Positions 20,753 to 31,240 of a stretch of 62,736 bases of DNA are shown here, piece by piece. The notes beneath the pieces were generated by a model that saw only the letters and a list, made by a program, of their open reading frames with translations, did not search any database and was not told the DNA's origin. The translations under genes and the position numbers were made by a program. Source of the DNA: Smithella sp. (lineage in GTDB: Bacteria > Desulfobacterota > Syntrophia > Syntrophales > Smithellaceae); assembly GCA_012522275.1 (NCBI GenBank), contig JAAYKU010000052.1, forward strand, positions 1 to 62,736, read 5' to 3'. Within the stretch, counting starts at the first letter, position 1; every line of letters starts with the position of its first letter.

Positions 20753-22060
20753 TTACCGGCGCCTCGCCATATGTCCCTTTTTCATAAAACCTTCATACTG
20801 ACGGGTCAGCAAATGCGACTCGATCTGGCTGGCCGTGTCCATTGCCACACCCACAACAATGAGAAGCGACGTCCCGCCGAAATAGAAAGGTGTGTTAAAT
20901 TTGGAAATCAGCACGCTGGGCAAAACGCAGATAATGGAAACATAGATCGCGCCGCTGAACGTGAGCCTCTCGAGTATTTCTTCGATATACTCGGCGGTTT
21001 TTTTACCGGGCCGTATCCCGGGGACGTATCCGCCGAATTTTTTCATATTGTCTGCCATATCATCGGGCTTGATCGTGACCGCCGTGTAGAAGAAACAGAA
21101 GAAGAAAATCAGGGCGACAAATAAAATTTCATAGCCTATTCTGCCCGGCATTAAATATCCGGAAATGGTCTTCATCAGGCCGGCCGGCGCGAAATTGGCG
21201 ATCGTCGCGGGAAACATGATCACCGACGAAGCGAAAATCGGTGGGATAACCCCAGAGGAATTTATCTTGAGGGGCAGATGAGTCGTCTGCCCGCCGTACA
21301 TTTTTCTTCCGACAATTCTTTTTGCGTATTGGACGGGAATTCTTCGTTGCGCCGCCTCGACATAAACGATCGCGCCGATCACCGCCACCATGAAAATCCC
21401 CAAAAGAACAACCATGAGGAAGTGGATTTCACCCGACGAGTACAGACTCCAGGTTCTGCTGATTCCAGCAGGAAGCCTGCAGACGATTCCCGCGAAAATA
21501 ATCAGGGATATCCCGTTGCCGATGCCCTTTTCGGTCATGGTCTCACCCAGCCACATCAGAAACGACGTTCCGGACGTCAGAGTGATGATCGTCATGATGA
21601 TGAAACCCCAGCCGGCATGCAAAACGATGGGGGCACCCGTTGGGCTGGCCATCTGCTGCAATCCCCAGGCAATACCGAAGCCCTGTATGATGCTGAGTCC
21701 CACCGTACCATAGCGCGTGTACTGGGTGATCTTGCGGCGCCCGCTCTCGCCTTCCTTGGAGAGTTTCTCCAGGTGCGGAATGGCAACCGTCAGCAGGCTG
21801 AGAATAATCGACGAAGTGATATACGGCATGATGCCCAGGGCGAAAATGGAAAATGAGCTCAAAGCTCCGCCTGTGAAAAGGTCCATAAGCCCCATCATCG
21901 ATCCGCGCGCGTGTTCAAAAAAGGCCAAAAGCGCGGTGTTGTCTATTCCCGGTGTAGGAATGAACACACCGATGCGGTACACGGCCAGAAGAAGCAAAGT
22001 AAACAGGATTCTTCTTTGCAGCTCAGGAATTTTGGAAACGCCACCCAGTCCTTCTAACAA
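20753..22060 (-). CDS. secY: Preprotein translocase subunit SecY
   Basis: Contains ILFTLLLLAVYRIGVFIPTPGI and ten-TM architecture. TTG start lies 1 nt after the rplO stop. Confidence 0.95.
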   Translation of the reverse strand: MLEGLGGVSKIPELQRRILFTLLLLAVYRIGVFIPTPGIDNTALLAFFEHARGSMMGLMDLFTGGALSSFSIFALGIMPYITSSIILSLLTVAIPHLEKLSKEGESGRRKITQYTRYGTVGLSIIQGFGIAWGLQQMASPTGAPIVLHAGWGFIIMTIITLTSGTSFLMWLGETMTEKGIGNGISLIIFAGIVCRLPAGISRTWSLYSSGEIHFLMVVLLGIFMVAVIGAIVYVEAAQRRIPVQYAKRIVGRKMYGGQTTHLPLKINSSGVIPPIFASSVIMFPATIANFAPAGLMKTISGYLMPGRIGYEILFVALIFFFCFFYTAVTIKPDDMADNMKKFGGYVPGIRPGKKTAEYIEEILERLTFSGAIYVSIICVLPSVLISKFNTPFYFGGTSLLIVVGVAMDTASQIESHLLTRQYEGFMKKGHMARRR

Positions 22061-22061
22061 T

Positions 22062-22508
22062 TCAGATTACCTCTTCCACGGACCCGCCTGCAGCGGTTAT
22101 TTTGGCTTTGGCGGCCATGCTGATTTTAGCCATTTTCACTGTCACGGGAAAATTGATTTCACCTTTGGCCAGAATCTTGATTCCGTCTCTTTTTTTCTTC
22201 ACCAGACCGCTGGCAAGAATGGCCGCCTCGTCGATGAGCGCGTCCTTTTCAAATACGCGAGAAAGGTCCGAAAGATTCACGGCGACATAACTTTGCCGAA
22301 AAGGATTTCGGAAACCTCTTTTCGGCAGCCTGCGCGCCATGGGCATCTGCCCGCCTTCAAAACCGTCGCGCACCCCGCCGCCGGAACGTGATTTCTGCCC
22401 TTTATGTCCTTTACCGGACGTGCCCCCGTGGCCGGAGGCATTGCCTCTGCCTACTCTTTTTCTTTTCCTGGTCGCACCGGCCGGCGCTTTGAGGGAACTC
22501 AGATCCAT
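22062..22508 (-). CDS. rplO: 50S ribosomal protein L15
   Basis: Contains [21 protein letters not shown]. Confidence 0.95.
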   Translation of the reverse strand: MDLSSLKAPAGATRKRKRVGRGNASGHGGTSGKGHKGQKSRSGGGVRDGFEGGQMPMARRLPKRGFRNPFRQSYVAVNLSDLSRVFEKDALIDEAAILASGLVKKKRDGIKILAKGEINFPVTVKMAKISMAAKAKITAAGGSVEEVI

Positions 22509-22513
22509 AAACC

Positions 22514-22702
22514 TTACTCCTTAATCTCTTCCACGGAAACCAAGTGGCTTACCTTGTTGATCATGCCGCGAATTTCCGGGGTATCAAGCAGTTCGACCGT
22601 ACCGTTGATCTTTCTCAGGCCGAGACCGCGTATGATTTTTTTCTGTTTTTCCGGCCGCGCGATAACACTTCTTACCATCTTGACTTTTAGCTTCTTGCCC
22701 AC
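22514..22702 (-). CDS. rpmD: 50S ribosomal protein L30
   Basis: [20 protein letters not shown]...[11 protein letters not shown] aligns to L30. GTG at 22702 gives a 62-aa protein and clears the rpsE stop. The exact start is uncertain. Confidence 0.85.
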   Translation of the reverse strand: MGKKLKVKMVRSVIARPEKQKKIIRGLGLRKINGTVELLDTPEIRGMINKVSHLVSVEEIKE

Positions 22703-22727
22703 AGTATTCACACCCTCGTCAACTTTC

Positions 22728-23225
22728 CTACCTGCCCCGCCGAGCGGCAATTTCCGCCGGGTCCTTCAACTGACAAAGCCCCTCTACGGTGGCTTTGACC
22801 AGGTTATGCGGATTATGCGAGCCGAGGCATTTTGTCAAAACATTATGGACGCCGGCAACTTCCAGAACCGCCCTTACGGCGCCGCCGGCAATCAGGCCGG
22901 TCCCCTCCGAAGCCGGCTTGAGCAGCACCTTGCCCGCGCCGAATCTGCCTATGACCTCATGAGGAATTGTTCTGTCCGTCACCGCAATCCTGGTCATAGT
23001 TTTTTTGGCCATTTCCATTCCCTTGCGGATGGCTTCCGGTACTTCATGCGCCTTGCCCAGTCCCGTGCCCACCATGCCCTGGCCGTCTCCGACCACGACG
23101 ATCGCACTGAAACGAAACCGCCTCCCCCCCTTAACGACTTTTGCCGTCCGATTGATGGCAATTACCCGGTCAAGGAGCTCCATTTCCTTCATTTCTCTGG
23201 CTTCAATAGTTTCTTCTCTGATCAT
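22728..23225 (-). CDS. rpsE: 30S ribosomal protein S5
   Basis: Contains [23 protein letters not shown]. Confidence 0.97.
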   Translation of the reverse strand: MIREETIEAREMKEMELLDRVIAINRTAKVVKGGRRFRFSAIVVVGDGQGMVGTGLGKAHEVPEAIRKGMEMAKKTMTRIAVTDRTIPHEVIGRFGAGKVLLKPASEGTGLIAGGAVRAVLEVAGVHNVLTKCLGSHNPHNLVKATVEGLCQLKDPAEIAARRGR

Positions 23226-23246
23226 GAGTCCTGTACAATCCGATGA

Positions 23247-23612
23247 TTAAAATTTAAGTCCACTTTCCCGCGCAGCCTCGGCCAATGCTTTCACGCGGCC
23301 ATGATAGAGAAATCTGCCTCTATCAAAAACAACTTTATCGATGCCCTGGGCTTGCAGACGCGCAGCAATCAACTTGCCGACTTCACGGGCGACATCAACT
23401 TTTTTTATGCCTTTTAGCTTACCCGCGAGCTCTTTGCTCAGCGTGGATGCCGCCGTCAGCGTCGTTCCCTGTGCGTCATTGATCACCTGCGCATAGATAT
23501 GCTTATCCGACCGGAAAACAGAAAGGCGGGGCCTGTCGGGCGTGCCCGTAAGTTTTCCTCTGACCCGTTTTTCTCTTTTTGCTCTGACTTTCAGCGTCTT
23601 TTTGGAAGCCAA
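23247..23612 (-). CDS. rplR: 50S ribosomal protein L18
   Basis: Contains [22 protein letters not shown]...[12 protein letters not shown] start with GAGGTG upstream. Confidence 0.95.
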   Translation of the reverse strand: MASKKTLKVRAKREKRVRGKLTGTPDRPRLSVFRSDKHIYAQVINDAQGTTLTAASTLSKELAGKLKGIKKVDVAREVGKLIAARLQAQGIDKVVFDRGRFLYHGRVKALAEAARESGLKF

Positions 23613-23647
23613 TGTTCCACCTCTCGAACCTGATATTTAATAAATTT

Positions 23648-24190
23648 CTACTTTGCACCTGCCGCCTTGCCGGCTTTGCGGCGGATATACTCGCCTACAT
23701 ACTTGATGCCTTTTCCCTTGTATGGTTCCGGCTTTTTGAGCGCTCTGATTTCCGAGGCCACCCGACCGACCAACTCTCTGTCGACTCCGGAAACTACCAG
23801 ATTGACCTGCTTGTCGATCGTCAAATCGATTCCCTTGGGAATGCCGTATTCGACAGGGCTGGAAAAACCCAAAACGAGTTTGAGGGTCGAACCGGTAAGC
23901 TCGGCGCGATAGCCGACACCGGATATCTCCAGCGCCTTCTGAAAACCTGTATCCACTCCGGTAACCATATTGCTGATCAGCGTTCTGGCCAGGCCGTGAT
24001 ATGAACGGGCGAGACGATCATCGGAGGCCCTCTCTATGGTCATCTGACCATCGGCAAGCTTCAGCACAACACCCTCCGGCAATTTAGAAGACAGCACGCC
24101 TTTGGGCCCTTCAACTTTGACCACACCCTCACTGTGAGTGATTTTCACTCCTTTTGGTATCGTGACCGGTTTTTTACCTATTCGCGACAT
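23648..24190 (-). CDS. rplF: 50S ribosomal protein L6
   Basis: Starts MSRIGKKPV.IP.GV and contains PEPYKGKGI.Y. Confidence 0.97.
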   Translation of the reverse strand: MSRIGKKPVTIPKGVKITHSEGVVKVEGPKGVLSSKLPEGVVLKLADGQMTIERASDDRLARSYHGLARTLISNMVTGVDTGFQKALEISGVGYRAELTGSTLKLVLGFSSPVEYGIPKGIDLTIDKQVNLVVSGVDRELVGRVASEIRALKKPEPYKGKGIKYVGEYIRRKAGKAAGAK

Positions 24191-24224
24191 GAACTAGAAC
24201 TCCCGTTTATAATCTGCAGTTTAA

Positions 24225-24626
24225 CTACCAAATGTTGCAAAGAACTTCTCCTCCGACATTGAGCTCTCTGGCTTCCTGGTCCGTAATGACGCCGCGTGAG
24301 GTCGAAAGAATCGCAATGCCCAGGCCGTTGAGTACTTTCGGAATACCGTCCGCCGGCACATAAACCCTGCGTCCAGGCTTGCTCACTCTTTTTATTTCGG
24401 TGATGACGGTCCGTTTCGTATCCGGGTACTTAAGCGCGATCTTTAACAGCGGATGCCCCTTTTCATCTTTCACGACATCGTAATTGCTTATATAACCGGA
24501 TGATTTCAGAACTTTGGCGATATTTAAGTTCATCTGCGACATACGCACATTAACACTTTTAAAGCGCGCTTTGTTTCCGTTACGAATCCTGGTCAGCATA
24601 TCGGCGATAGGATCTGTCATCCCCAT
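24225..24626 (-). CDS. rpsH: 30S ribosomal protein S8
   Basis: Contains DPIADMLTRIRN and tail GGEVLCNIW. Confidence 0.97.
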   Translation of the reverse strand: MGMTDPIADMLTRIRNGNKARFKSVNVRMSQMNLNIAKVLKSSGYISNYDVVKDEKGHPLLKIALKYPDTKRTVITEIKRVSKPGRRVYVPADGIPKVLNGLGIAILSTSRGVITDQEARELNVGGEVLCNIW

Positions 24627-24648
24627 GCTTTTTCTCCTCCAACTAAAA

Positions 24649-24834
24649 TTACCAGCTTGACTTTATGACACCGGGAAGCTCGCCCTGTAGGGAGAGTTTC
24701 CTCAAACAAATTCTACACATTTCAAACTTTCTGTAATAGGCGCGCGGTCTGCCGCAAATCTGACAGCGGTTGTATTCCCTGACCGCAAACTTCGGTTTTC
24801 TTTTTGCCTTTGCAACTAATGACTTTTTCGCCAC
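24649..24834 (-). CDS. rpsN: 30S ribosomal protein S14, type Z (zinc-binding, 61 aa)
   Basis: Short form with CQICGRPR...CRICLR. GTG start with GGAGGAA 6 nt upstream. Confidence 0.95.
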   Translation of the reverse strand: MAKKSLVAKAKRKPKFAVREYNRCQICGRPRAYYRKFEMCRICLRKLSLQGELPGVIKSSW

Positions 24835-24859
24835 GCGTTATTCCTCCGGAACTTCCTCG

Positions 24860-25399
24860 TTAATTCTTGAAAGGGACACCCATCAGCTGAAGCAGCATCC
24901 GGGCTTCTGCGTCCGTCCGGGCCGTCGTTACGATGGTGATATTCATTCCCTTGATTTTCTCAACCTTGTCGTATTCAATTTCAGGAAAAATGATCTGTTC
25001 ATGAAGACCGAGAGAATAATTCCCTCTGCCGTCAAAAGCTGTACGCGAAATCCCCCTGAAATCTCTGACTTTCGGCAAAGCTACATTGACCAGCCGGTCA
25101 AAAAATTCATACATCACTTCTTTTCTTAAGGTGACCGAACAGCCGATGGGCATGCCCTGACGCAGCTTGAAGGTCGCTATGGATTTCCTTGCCTTGGTGA
25201 TGACCGGTTTCTGGCCTGTGATCATCGCCATTTCAGACGCGGCGCTGTCCAGCATTTTCACATTCTGAATCGCCTCTCCCAGCCCCATATTAACGACGAT
25301 TTTCGACATTTTCGGCACCTGCATGGGATTTGCATAATTAAACTCCCTGATCAAAGCCGGTACCACTTTCTCTTTATAATACTCTTTTAATCTTGCCAT
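24860..25399 (-). CDS. rplE: 50S ribosomal protein L5
   Basis: Contains VPK..KIVVNMG.GEA, DFRG. and [10 protein letters not shown]. Confidence 0.97.
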   Translation of the reverse strand: MARLKEYYKEKVVPALIREFNYANPMQVPKMSKIVVNMGLGEAIQNVKMLDSAASEMAMITGQKPVITKARKSIATFKLRQGMPIGCSVTLRKEVMYEFFDRLVNVALPKVRDFRGISRTAFDGRGNYSLGLHEQIIFPEIEYDKVEKIKGMNITIVTTARTDAEARMLLQLMGVPFKN

Positions 25400-25405
25400 T
25401 TTAGT

Positions 25406-25729
25406 TTAACCCACATCGATAACATCATTGCACTTACTGCATATTCGCACTTTTTTCCCATCATCGAGGATACGGTTCCTGATTCTGGCCGCCTCCTTGC
25501 ACTTTCCGCAAATGACGCTTACTTTGGAAACATCCATCGCCGCTTCCATTTCCACGATGCCGCCTTTACTTTTTTGATCCGGCCGCTTGTGTTTTTTGAT
25601 GATGTTGATTTTTTCAACAACCACTTTGTTCTTTTCAGGAATGGTCTTCAGAATTTTCCCGGTTTTTCCCTTATCTTTTCCGGAAATTACCTTTACCATG
25701 TCTCCCTTTTTCAGTCTGCCTAAACTCAT
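25406..25729 (-). CDS. rplX: 50S ribosomal protein L24
   Basis: KOW motif KKGDMVKVISGKDKGKTG and a C-terminal CxxC..CxxC. ATG at 25729 has GAGG 6 nt upstream. Confidence 0.93.
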   Translation of the reverse strand: MSLGRLKKGDMVKVISGKDKGKTGKILKTIPEKNKVVVEKINIIKKHKRPDQKSKGGIVEMEAAMDVSKVSVICGKCKEAARIRNRILDDGKKVRICSKCNDVIDVG

Positions 25730-25749
25730 TTCCACCCTCTACCAAGCGC

Positions 25750-26118
25750 CTATAAAACTTCCGGCGCAAGAGATATGATCTTCATGAACTGTTTTGCTCT
25801 GAGCTCGCGCGCGACAGGCCCGAATATTCTGGTTCCGATCGGCTCCATCTGATTGTTGATCAACACCGCCGAGTTGTCATCGAATTTAAGATAAGAACCG
25901 TCCGGTCTGCTGACCTCTTTTGCCGTGCGCACAATGACCGCTTTCATCACATCGCCTTTTTTGACCTTGGAATTCGGAATCGCCTCTTTGACTGACACCA
26001 CGATCACGTCACCCAGGCTCGCAAAGCGGCGCTTCGACCCGCCGAGCACTTTAATGCAGGCGACCCGTTTGGCGCCGGAATTGTCGGCTACGTTTAGAAC
26101 TGTCTGCATCTGAATCAT
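25750..26118 (-). CDS. rplN: 50S ribosomal protein L14
   Basis: Starts [17 protein letters not shown]. Confidence 0.97.
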   Translation of the reverse strand: MIQMQTVLNVADNSGAKRVACIKVLGGSKRRFASLGDVIVVSVKEAIPNSKVKKGDVMKAVIVRTAKEVSRPDGSYLKFDDNSAVLINNQMEPIGTRIFGPVARELRAKQFMKIISLAPEVL

Positions 26119-26164
26119 AAAACAAACTCCATCATACCGGGATACCCGCCGCCCGGGTCGGCTT

Positions 26165-26422
26165 CTATTTCGCCTTTTCCAGAATTTCCAGCATCCGCCA
26201 TCGCTTGTCGCGGCTGATGGGCCGTGCTTCCATAATCAATACTTTATCGCCTATGGCGCACTCATTGCGCTCGTCATGAGCCTTGTACCTGTCATGCCTG
26301 CGTACATATTTGTGAAAGACAGGGTGCTTAACCAGCCTTTCCGTCCGCACCACAATCGTCTTGTCCATCTTATTGCTGACCACGACACCCTTGAGAGTGC
26401 GCTTGTTGCTTTTCTCAGCCAT
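26165..26422 (-). CDS. rpsQ: 30S ribosomal protein S17
   Basis: Contains [14 protein letters not shown] and ...HD..N.C..GD.V.I.E.RP.S. Confidence 0.95.
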   Translation of the reverse strand: MAEKSNKRTLKGVVVSNKMDKTIVVRTERLVKHPVFHKYVRRHDRYKAHDERNECAIGDKVLIMEARPISRDKRWRMLEILEKAK

Positions 26423-26423
26423 G

Positions 26424-26618
26424 TTAACCTGCGGCCTCCTTCTCCTTCAGCACAGTAGCGATGCGGGCAATATCCCTGCGGATGCGCCCCAGGCTCGCAG
26501 TTGATTCCAGCTGTCCTGAAGAATGGCGAATTTTTAATCGAAAGATCTCTTCTTTCAGTTCATTACTTTTATTCTGAAGCTCGTTAATACCGAGACCTCT
26601 GATTTCGCTAATTTTCAT
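26424..26618 (-). CDS. rpmC: 50S ribosomal protein L29
   Basis: Contains L..EL..LKEE.F.L...... and ..IRR.IARI.T and has the expected size and position. Confidence 0.93.
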   Translation of the reverse strand: MKISEIRGLGINELQNKSNELKEEIFRLKIRHSSGQLESTASLGRIRRDIARIATVLKEKEAAG

Positions 26619-27030
26619 CAGATATCTCCCTTGATATAAACTTGGTGGAGATGGACAGTTTGTGCGATGCCAAACGAAACGCCTCTTTAGCCGTATCTTT
26701 GCTGACCCCTTCCATCTCGTATAGAACCGAGCCCGGCCTCACCACGGCTACCCATGCTTCGGGAGCTCCTTTTCCCTTACCCATGCGCGTTTCGGCGGGC
26801 TTTTTCGTCACGGACTTGTGCGGGAAAACCCGAATCCATATTTTGCCGCCGCGCTTCACATAACGGGTCATGGCAACGCGGGCAGCCTCAATCTGGCGTG
26901 CTGTTATCCAGCCGCACTCGGCGGCCTGCAGGCCGTAATCGCCAAAGGCGATAGAGCCGCCCCTGGTCGCCTTCCCCCCCATGCGCCCTTTTTGCAATTT
27001 CCTGTATTTAACACGTCTTGGCATTAACAT
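26608..27030 (-). CDS. rplP: 50S ribosomal protein L16
   Basis: Starts [15 protein letters not shown] and contains RMGKGKG. Overlaps rpmC by 11 nt. Confidence 0.97.
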   Translation of the reverse strand: MLMPRRVKYRKLQKGRMGGKATRGGSIAFGDYGLQAAECGWITARQIEAARVAMTRYVKRGGKIWIRVFPHKSVTKKPAETRMGKGKGAPEAWVAVVRPGSVLYEMEGVSKDTAKEAFRLASHKLSISTKFISREISDEN

Positions 27031-27092
27031 AGCTTATAACTCCCGTATTTCTGTATCCGCAGGACCGACCTTCAGGCAGAAGCCCGGCGGCA

Positions 27093-27740
27093 TCACGGCT
27101 GTTTTTCATTTTTTCCGGGCAGAACTTCTCCGTGAAAAATCAATACTTTTACACCGACGAGTCCGTATGCGGTATTGGCCTCGGTAAACCCGTAGTCTAT
27201 ATCAGCGCGCAGTGTATGCAGCGGAACGCGTCCCTCACGATACCACTCGGAGCGTGCTATTTCCGCGCCCCCGAGTCTTCCGGAACATGTTATTTTGATG
27301 CCCTTGGCGCCGAACTTCAGCGCATAACCGACACATTTTTTCATTGCACGTCGAAATGCAACACGTCTTTCCAGTTGCTGGGCGACATTCTCGGCAACGA
27401 GCTGTGCGTCTGTCTCCGGCTTACGCACCTCAAGAATATTGATGATAATCTCTGACGCGGAATATTTTTCGATTTCGGTTTTCAGCTTCTCTATTTCGGA
27501 GCCTTTTTTCCCGATAATCACGCCCGGCCTGGCTGCATAAATATTGACTTTAGCCTTATTGGCCGCCCGCTCGACATCGATGTGTGAAATACCGGCATTA
27601 TAGAGTTTTTTCTTGAGGTGCTTGCGAATTTTGAGATCCTCAAGCAGCATGCCGCTATAATTTTTTTCGGCAAACCATACCGATTGCCAATTTTTAATAT
27701 AGCCTAAACGCAGTCCTACCGGGTTAACCTTCTGCCCCAA
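27093..27740 (-). CDS. rpsC: 30S ribosomal protein S3
   Basis: Starts GQKVNP.GLRLG and has KH and S3-C domains. TTG start with GGAGG 7 nt upstream. Confidence 0.97.
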   Translation of the reverse strand: MGQKVNPVGLRLGYIKNWQSVWFAEKNYSGMLLEDLKIRKHLKKKLYNAGISHIDVERAANKAKVNIYAARPGVIIGKKGSEIEKLKTEIEKYSASEIIINILEVRKPETDAQLVAENVAQQLERRVAFRRAMKKCVGYALKFGAKGIKITCSGRLGGAEIARSEWYREGRVPLHTLRADIDYGFTEANTAYGLVGVKVLIFHGEVLPGKNEKQP

Positions 27741-27752
27741 TACCGTCCCTCC

Positions 27753-28085
27753 TTACAATTCATCCACAACAACTGTGATATGTGATGTCCTCTTTTTAAT
27801 ACTCGCCGCCCTGCCCTGAGCTCTGGGCCTCCACCTTTTCAGTGACGGCCCCTGGTCCACGAATATTTCCTTAACGTAGAGCGTGTTCTCATCAATATTA
27901 GGATTTTGTGCCGCGTTGGCCACAGCCGATTTGAGCACCTTGGCTACAGCACCGGCGGCGTATTTTCTTGTAAACATCAGGATATTACGGGCTTCCTGTA
28001 CCTTCTTGCCGCGCACCAGATCAACAACCAGCCTTACCTTCTGAGGCGACATTCTGATATATTTTGCAACTGCTTTTGCTTCCAT
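27753..28085 (-). CDS. rplV: 50S ribosomal protein L22
   Basis: Contains R.SPQK.RLV.DL.RG and ..R..PRA.GRA..I.KRTSHI. Confidence 0.95.
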   Translation of the reverse strand: MEAKAVAKYIRMSPQKVRLVVDLVRGKKVQEARNILMFTRKYAAGAVAKVLKSAVANAAQNPNIDENTLYVKEIFVDQGPSLKRWRPRAQGRAASIKKRTSHITVVVDEL

Positions 28086-28120
28086 ACCTTATAACTCCCA
28101 GCGTATCCTTCGTGCGAAAA

Positions 28121-28402
28121 TTATTTTTTCACTTTTGTTTTCCGGTCACCGGCATGCGAATAAAAAGTTCTTGTCGGCGCAAACTCTCCGAGTTTATGTC
28201 CCACCATATTTTCTGTCACATATACCGGAATAAATTTTTTCCCGTTATGCACTGCAAACGTGTGGCCGATCAGCTCAGGCGTAATGGTCGAGCGCCGCGA
28301 CCAGGTCTTGATGACATTTTTGCTGCTTTCGGCCTCCATCTTTCTCACTTTGACCAGCAGACTTTCTTCGATGTAAGGGCCTTTTTTGATTGAACGAGCC
28401 AC
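28121..28402 (-). CDS. rpsS: 30S ribosomal protein S19
   Basis: Starts ARSIKKGP and contains ..TWSRRS.I.PE..GHT.AVHNG. GTG start. Confidence 0.97.
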   Translation of the reverse strand: MARSIKKGPYIEESLLVKVRKMEAESSKNVIKTWSRRSTITPELIGHTFAVHNGKKFIPVYVTENMVGHKLGEFAPTRTFYSHAGDRKTKVKK

Positions 28403-28405
28403 GTT

Positions 28406-29230
28406 TTATTTACCTCTTCTCTTTACAATATATTTATCTGTTCTTTTGTTCTTTCTTGTTTTATGTCCTTTGGTCGGGATTCCCCACGGTGTGCACGGAT
28501 GCCGTCCGCCGGAAGACTTGCCCTCACCGCCGCCCATCGGGTGGTCCACCGGATTCATGACCACGCCGCGGGTGTGGGGGCGTTTGCCCAGCCATCTGGT
28601 GCGCCCCGCCTTGCCAATGCTGACATTCTCATGCTCATTGTTACCGACCTGCCCGATAGTGGCCATGCACTCGATGAATATCTTGCGCACCTCACCTGAA
28701 GGGAGTCTCACCTGGGCGTAATTCCCTTCTTTGGCCATCAGCTGCCCGAACGATCCGGCAGACCTGATCAACTGACCGCCGCGGCCTACTTTCAATTCCA
28801 CGTTGTGAATCAATGAGCCCAACGGTATGTTTTTCAAAGGCAGGGCATTGCCGGGCTTGATGTCCGCGCTTTCGCCGCTGACTACAACGTCGCCGACGCT
28901 GATCTGCTGAGGCGCCACGATGTATCTTTTTTCTCCGTCCCGATAGTTGAGCAAAGCGATACGTGCCGAGCGGTTCGGGTCATACTCGATAGAGGCGACT
29001 TTGGCCGGAATATTATCCTTGTTACGGCGAAAATCAATGATGCGGTATTTTCTTTTGTGTCCCCCACCGATAAAACGCGCCGTAATCCGGCCATGCGCGT
29101 TGCGTCCACCTGATTTTCTGATCGGTTTGAGCAGACTCTTGACCGGCTTGTCGGAAGTAATCTCCGCAAAATCGGATACGCTCTGAAATCTTCGCCCCGG
29201 TGATGTTGGTTTGTATTTGATAATTGCCAT
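28406..29230 (-). CDS. rplB: 50S ribosomal protein L2
   Basis: Contains GRN..GRIT.R..GGGHKR.YR and [15 protein letters not shown]. Confidence 0.98.
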   Translation of the reverse strand: MAIIKYKPTSPGRRFQSVSDFAEITSDKPVKSLLKPIRKSGGRNAHGRITARFIGGGHKRKYRIIDFRRNKDNIPAKVASIEYDPNRSARIALLNYRDGEKRYIVAPQQISVGDVVVSGESADIKPGNALPLKNIPLGSLIHNVELKVGRGGQLIRSAGSFGQLMAKEGNYAQVRLPSGEVRKIFIECMATIGQVGNNEHENVSIGKAGRTRWLGKRPHTRGVVMNPVDHPMGGGEGKSSGGRHPCTPWGIPTKGHKTRKNKRTDKYIVKRRGK

Positions 29231-29251
29231 CAGTTTAATCCTTAACTAGTT

Positions 29252-29539
29252 CTATACGCCTTCGGCGACTTCGATACGACTGCCTTCCGCCAGTGTTACA
29301 ATTGCCTTCTTCCAAGATCTCTTCTGGCCCATGATTCTTCCCAGTCTCTTCTTTTTCCCCAAGACATTCAACACCCGGACATCGGTAACTTTTACTTTGA
29401 AAAGCTTTTCCACGGCCTGAGCAATTTCTACCTTATTGGCCCGTCTGTCCACCTGAAAGTGATATTTGTTGGTCTCTTCACGGTCAATGTTGCTCTTTTC
29501 CGTTATCAGTATTTTTTTAATAATCAAATGCATTTCCAT
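29252..29539 (-). CDS. rplW: 50S ribosomal protein L23
   Basis: Contains ..I.TEKS and F.V...ANK.EI..AVEK.F.VKV. Its start shares one nucleotide with the rplD stop (TAATG). Confidence 0.95.
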   Translation of the reverse strand: MEMHLIIKKILITEKSNIDREETNKYHFQVDRRANKVEIAQAVEKLFKVKVTDVRVLNVLGKKKRLGRIMGQKRSWKKAIVTLAEGSRIEVAEGV

Positions 29540-30162
29540 TATGACAACAGCGCCCCCTCGATCTTTTTAACTGAGGGTTCAAGAAGGATCAGATGCTCAT
29601 ATTTCAATATGTCATAAACATTGATGCCTTCCGACCGAATCATTTTTACATTCTTAATATTTCTCGACGACTTCATAAGAACGGTATTTTCATCGTCGAT
29701 TACAAAAAGAACTTTCTTAAGGCCGAGACGATCGACAAGCTTCTGAAAAGCTTTCGTGCTGATTTCTTCCATCGGAAAATCTCGCAGAATCGTCATCTTT
29801 TCGTCCCTGAACTTCATACTCAAGGCGGAAATCAATGCCTTGCGGCGGACCTTCTTCGGCAGACTGTAACCATAGTCACGCGGGTGCGGGCCAAAAACAG
29901 TCCCTCCTCCCCGCCACAGCGGCGAGCGCGAGGTGCCGGCCCGGGCGCGCCCTGTTCCTTTTTGACGCCATGGTTTTTTCCCGCCGCCGCTGATGTCGCC
30001 CCTTTCCTTTGTCTGAGCCGTTCCGGAGCGCCGCGAAGCCAGTTGCATCTTGACCACGTCATAGATCGTCGCTTCATTGATTTCCGCGCTGAACACGGCG
30101 TCGCTCAATTCAATTTCAGAGACCTTATTCTTCTCAATATCAAAAACATCCGCAAGTGCCAT
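29539..30162 (-). CDS. rplD: 50S ribosomal protein L4
   Basis: Contains GGGKKPWRQKGTGRAR.G..RSP.WRGGG..FGP. Confidence 0.97.
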   Translation of the reverse strand: MALADVFDIEKNKVSEIELSDAVFSAEINEATIYDVVKMQLASRRSGTAQTKERGDISGGGKKPWRQKGTGRARAGTSRSPLWRGGGTVFGPHPRDYGYSLPKKVRRKALISALSMKFRDEKMTILRDFPMEEISTKAFQKLVDRLGLKKVLFVIDDENTVLMKSSRNIKNVKMIRSEGINVYDILKYEHLILLEPSVKKIEGALLS

Positions 30163-30180
30163 GTTAATTACTCCGCCGCT

Positions 30181-30822
30181 TTACACTCTTTTTTTCTTGG
30201 CCTGCCTGATGAGCACATATCCGTTTTTTGCGCCGGGCACCGACCCTTTCACCAGCATCAGATTCATTTCTGGCCGGACCTGCCAGACCTGCAGGTTCTG
30301 CACCGTTTTGCGCACATTACCCATCTGGCCGGGCATCTTGGTTCCCTTGAAAACCCGGGCGGGATTTGCACTGGCCCCGATGGACCCGGGAGCGCGGTGA
30401 AACATCGATCCGTGTGAACCGCGCCCGCCTCCGAAACCGTGTCTTTTCATCACTCCCTGAAAGCCCTTGCCTTTGGAGGTGCCGACCACATCGATAAAGT
30501 CCCCTGCCTTGAAAATATCGGGGGTGATTTCCTGACCTGCCTCATATGAGGAGGCGGCATCAAAGGGAAATTCCTTCAATACGCGAAAAAAGCCTCTATT
30601 CGCCTTATTAAAATGACCCTGGCGCGGCCTGGTGACATTTTTTTGTTTGACCCGGCCGTAACCGACCTGAACAGCATCATAGCCGTCTTTTTCTTGTGTC
30701 TTCACCTGCACGACAATCGAGGGTTCAACCTCAATGGCCGTAACACCGACGGCCGCTCCGTCTTCGGCGAATACTCGGGTCATACCCAATTTTTTCCCTA
30801 TGATTCCCTTGCTCATCGTCAT
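30181..30822 (-). CDS. rplC: 50S ribosomal protein L3
   Basis: Contains G.IGKK.GMT..F and KGKGFQG.MKRH.F. The start may be the third codon (ATG at 30816). Confidence 0.97.
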   Translation of the reverse strand: MTMSKGIIGKKLGMTRVFAEDGAAVGVTAIEVEPSIVVQVKTQEKDGYDAVQVGYGRVKQKNVTRPRQGHFNKANRGFFRVLKEFPFDAASSYEAGQEITPDIFKAGDFIDVVGTSKGKGFQGVMKRHGFGGGRGSHGSMFHRAPGSIGASANPARVFKGTKMPGQMGNVRKTVQNLQVWQVRPEMNLMLVKGSVPGAKNGYVLIRQAKKKRV

Positions 30823-30863
30823 CCAACTTTTTTAGACAAATAAGGCCACGTATTCATTATCTG

Positions 30864-30888
30864 AAAAATGGCCGGCCCAAAGCCATTT
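30864..30888 (-). terminator. Terminator-like hairpin between rpsJ and rplC (possible attenuator)
   Basis: Minus strand reads AAATGGC uuugggccg GCCATTT, running into a T5 run. It sits inside an 87-nt gap. Confidence 0.3.
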
Positions 30889-30909
30889 CCCACTGCAAAG
30901 ATTCAACAC

Positions 30910-31218
30910 CTACGCTTTGATTTCCACGTCCACGCCCGCTGAAAGATCCAGCTTCATAAGCGCATCTACCGTGGCCTGCGTCGGCTCAACAATATCTATC
31001 AGTCTTTTGTGTGTACGAATTTCAAACTGCTCCCGCGATTTCTTGTCCACGTGCGGGGAACGGTTGACGCAGTATTTATTGATTTCCGTGGGAAGAGGTA
31101 TGGGACCGGCGACACGCGCGCCGGTCCGCTTTGCAGTATCCACTATTTCCTCTACAGAACGATCCAGAAGTTTGTAATCGTAAGCTTTGAGACGGATTCT
31201 TATCTTTTGTTCTTTCAT
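30910..31218 (-). CDS. rpsJ: 30S ribosomal protein S10
   Basis: Contains [10 protein letters not shown]...LD and GP.PLPT....[24 protein letters not shown]. Confidence 0.98.
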   Translation of the reverse strand: MKEQKIRIRLKAYDYKLLDRSVEEIVDTAKRTGARVAGPIPLPTEINKYCVNRSPHVDKKSREQFEIRTHKRLIDIVEPTQATVDALMKLDLSAGVDVEIKA

Positions 31219-31240
31219 TGCTTGAATAACCTACAGTTTT

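Noticed and set aside
25406-25520. CxxC...CxxC zinc-ribbon-like tail on L24, together with Cys4 forms of S4, S14 (type Z), L33 and L36
   Set aside because: Zinc-binding (C+) versions of these ribosomal proteins, including a Cys-containing L24 tail in Thermus, are already known. This is consistent with an organism that keeps only C+ forms, so it is not novel.
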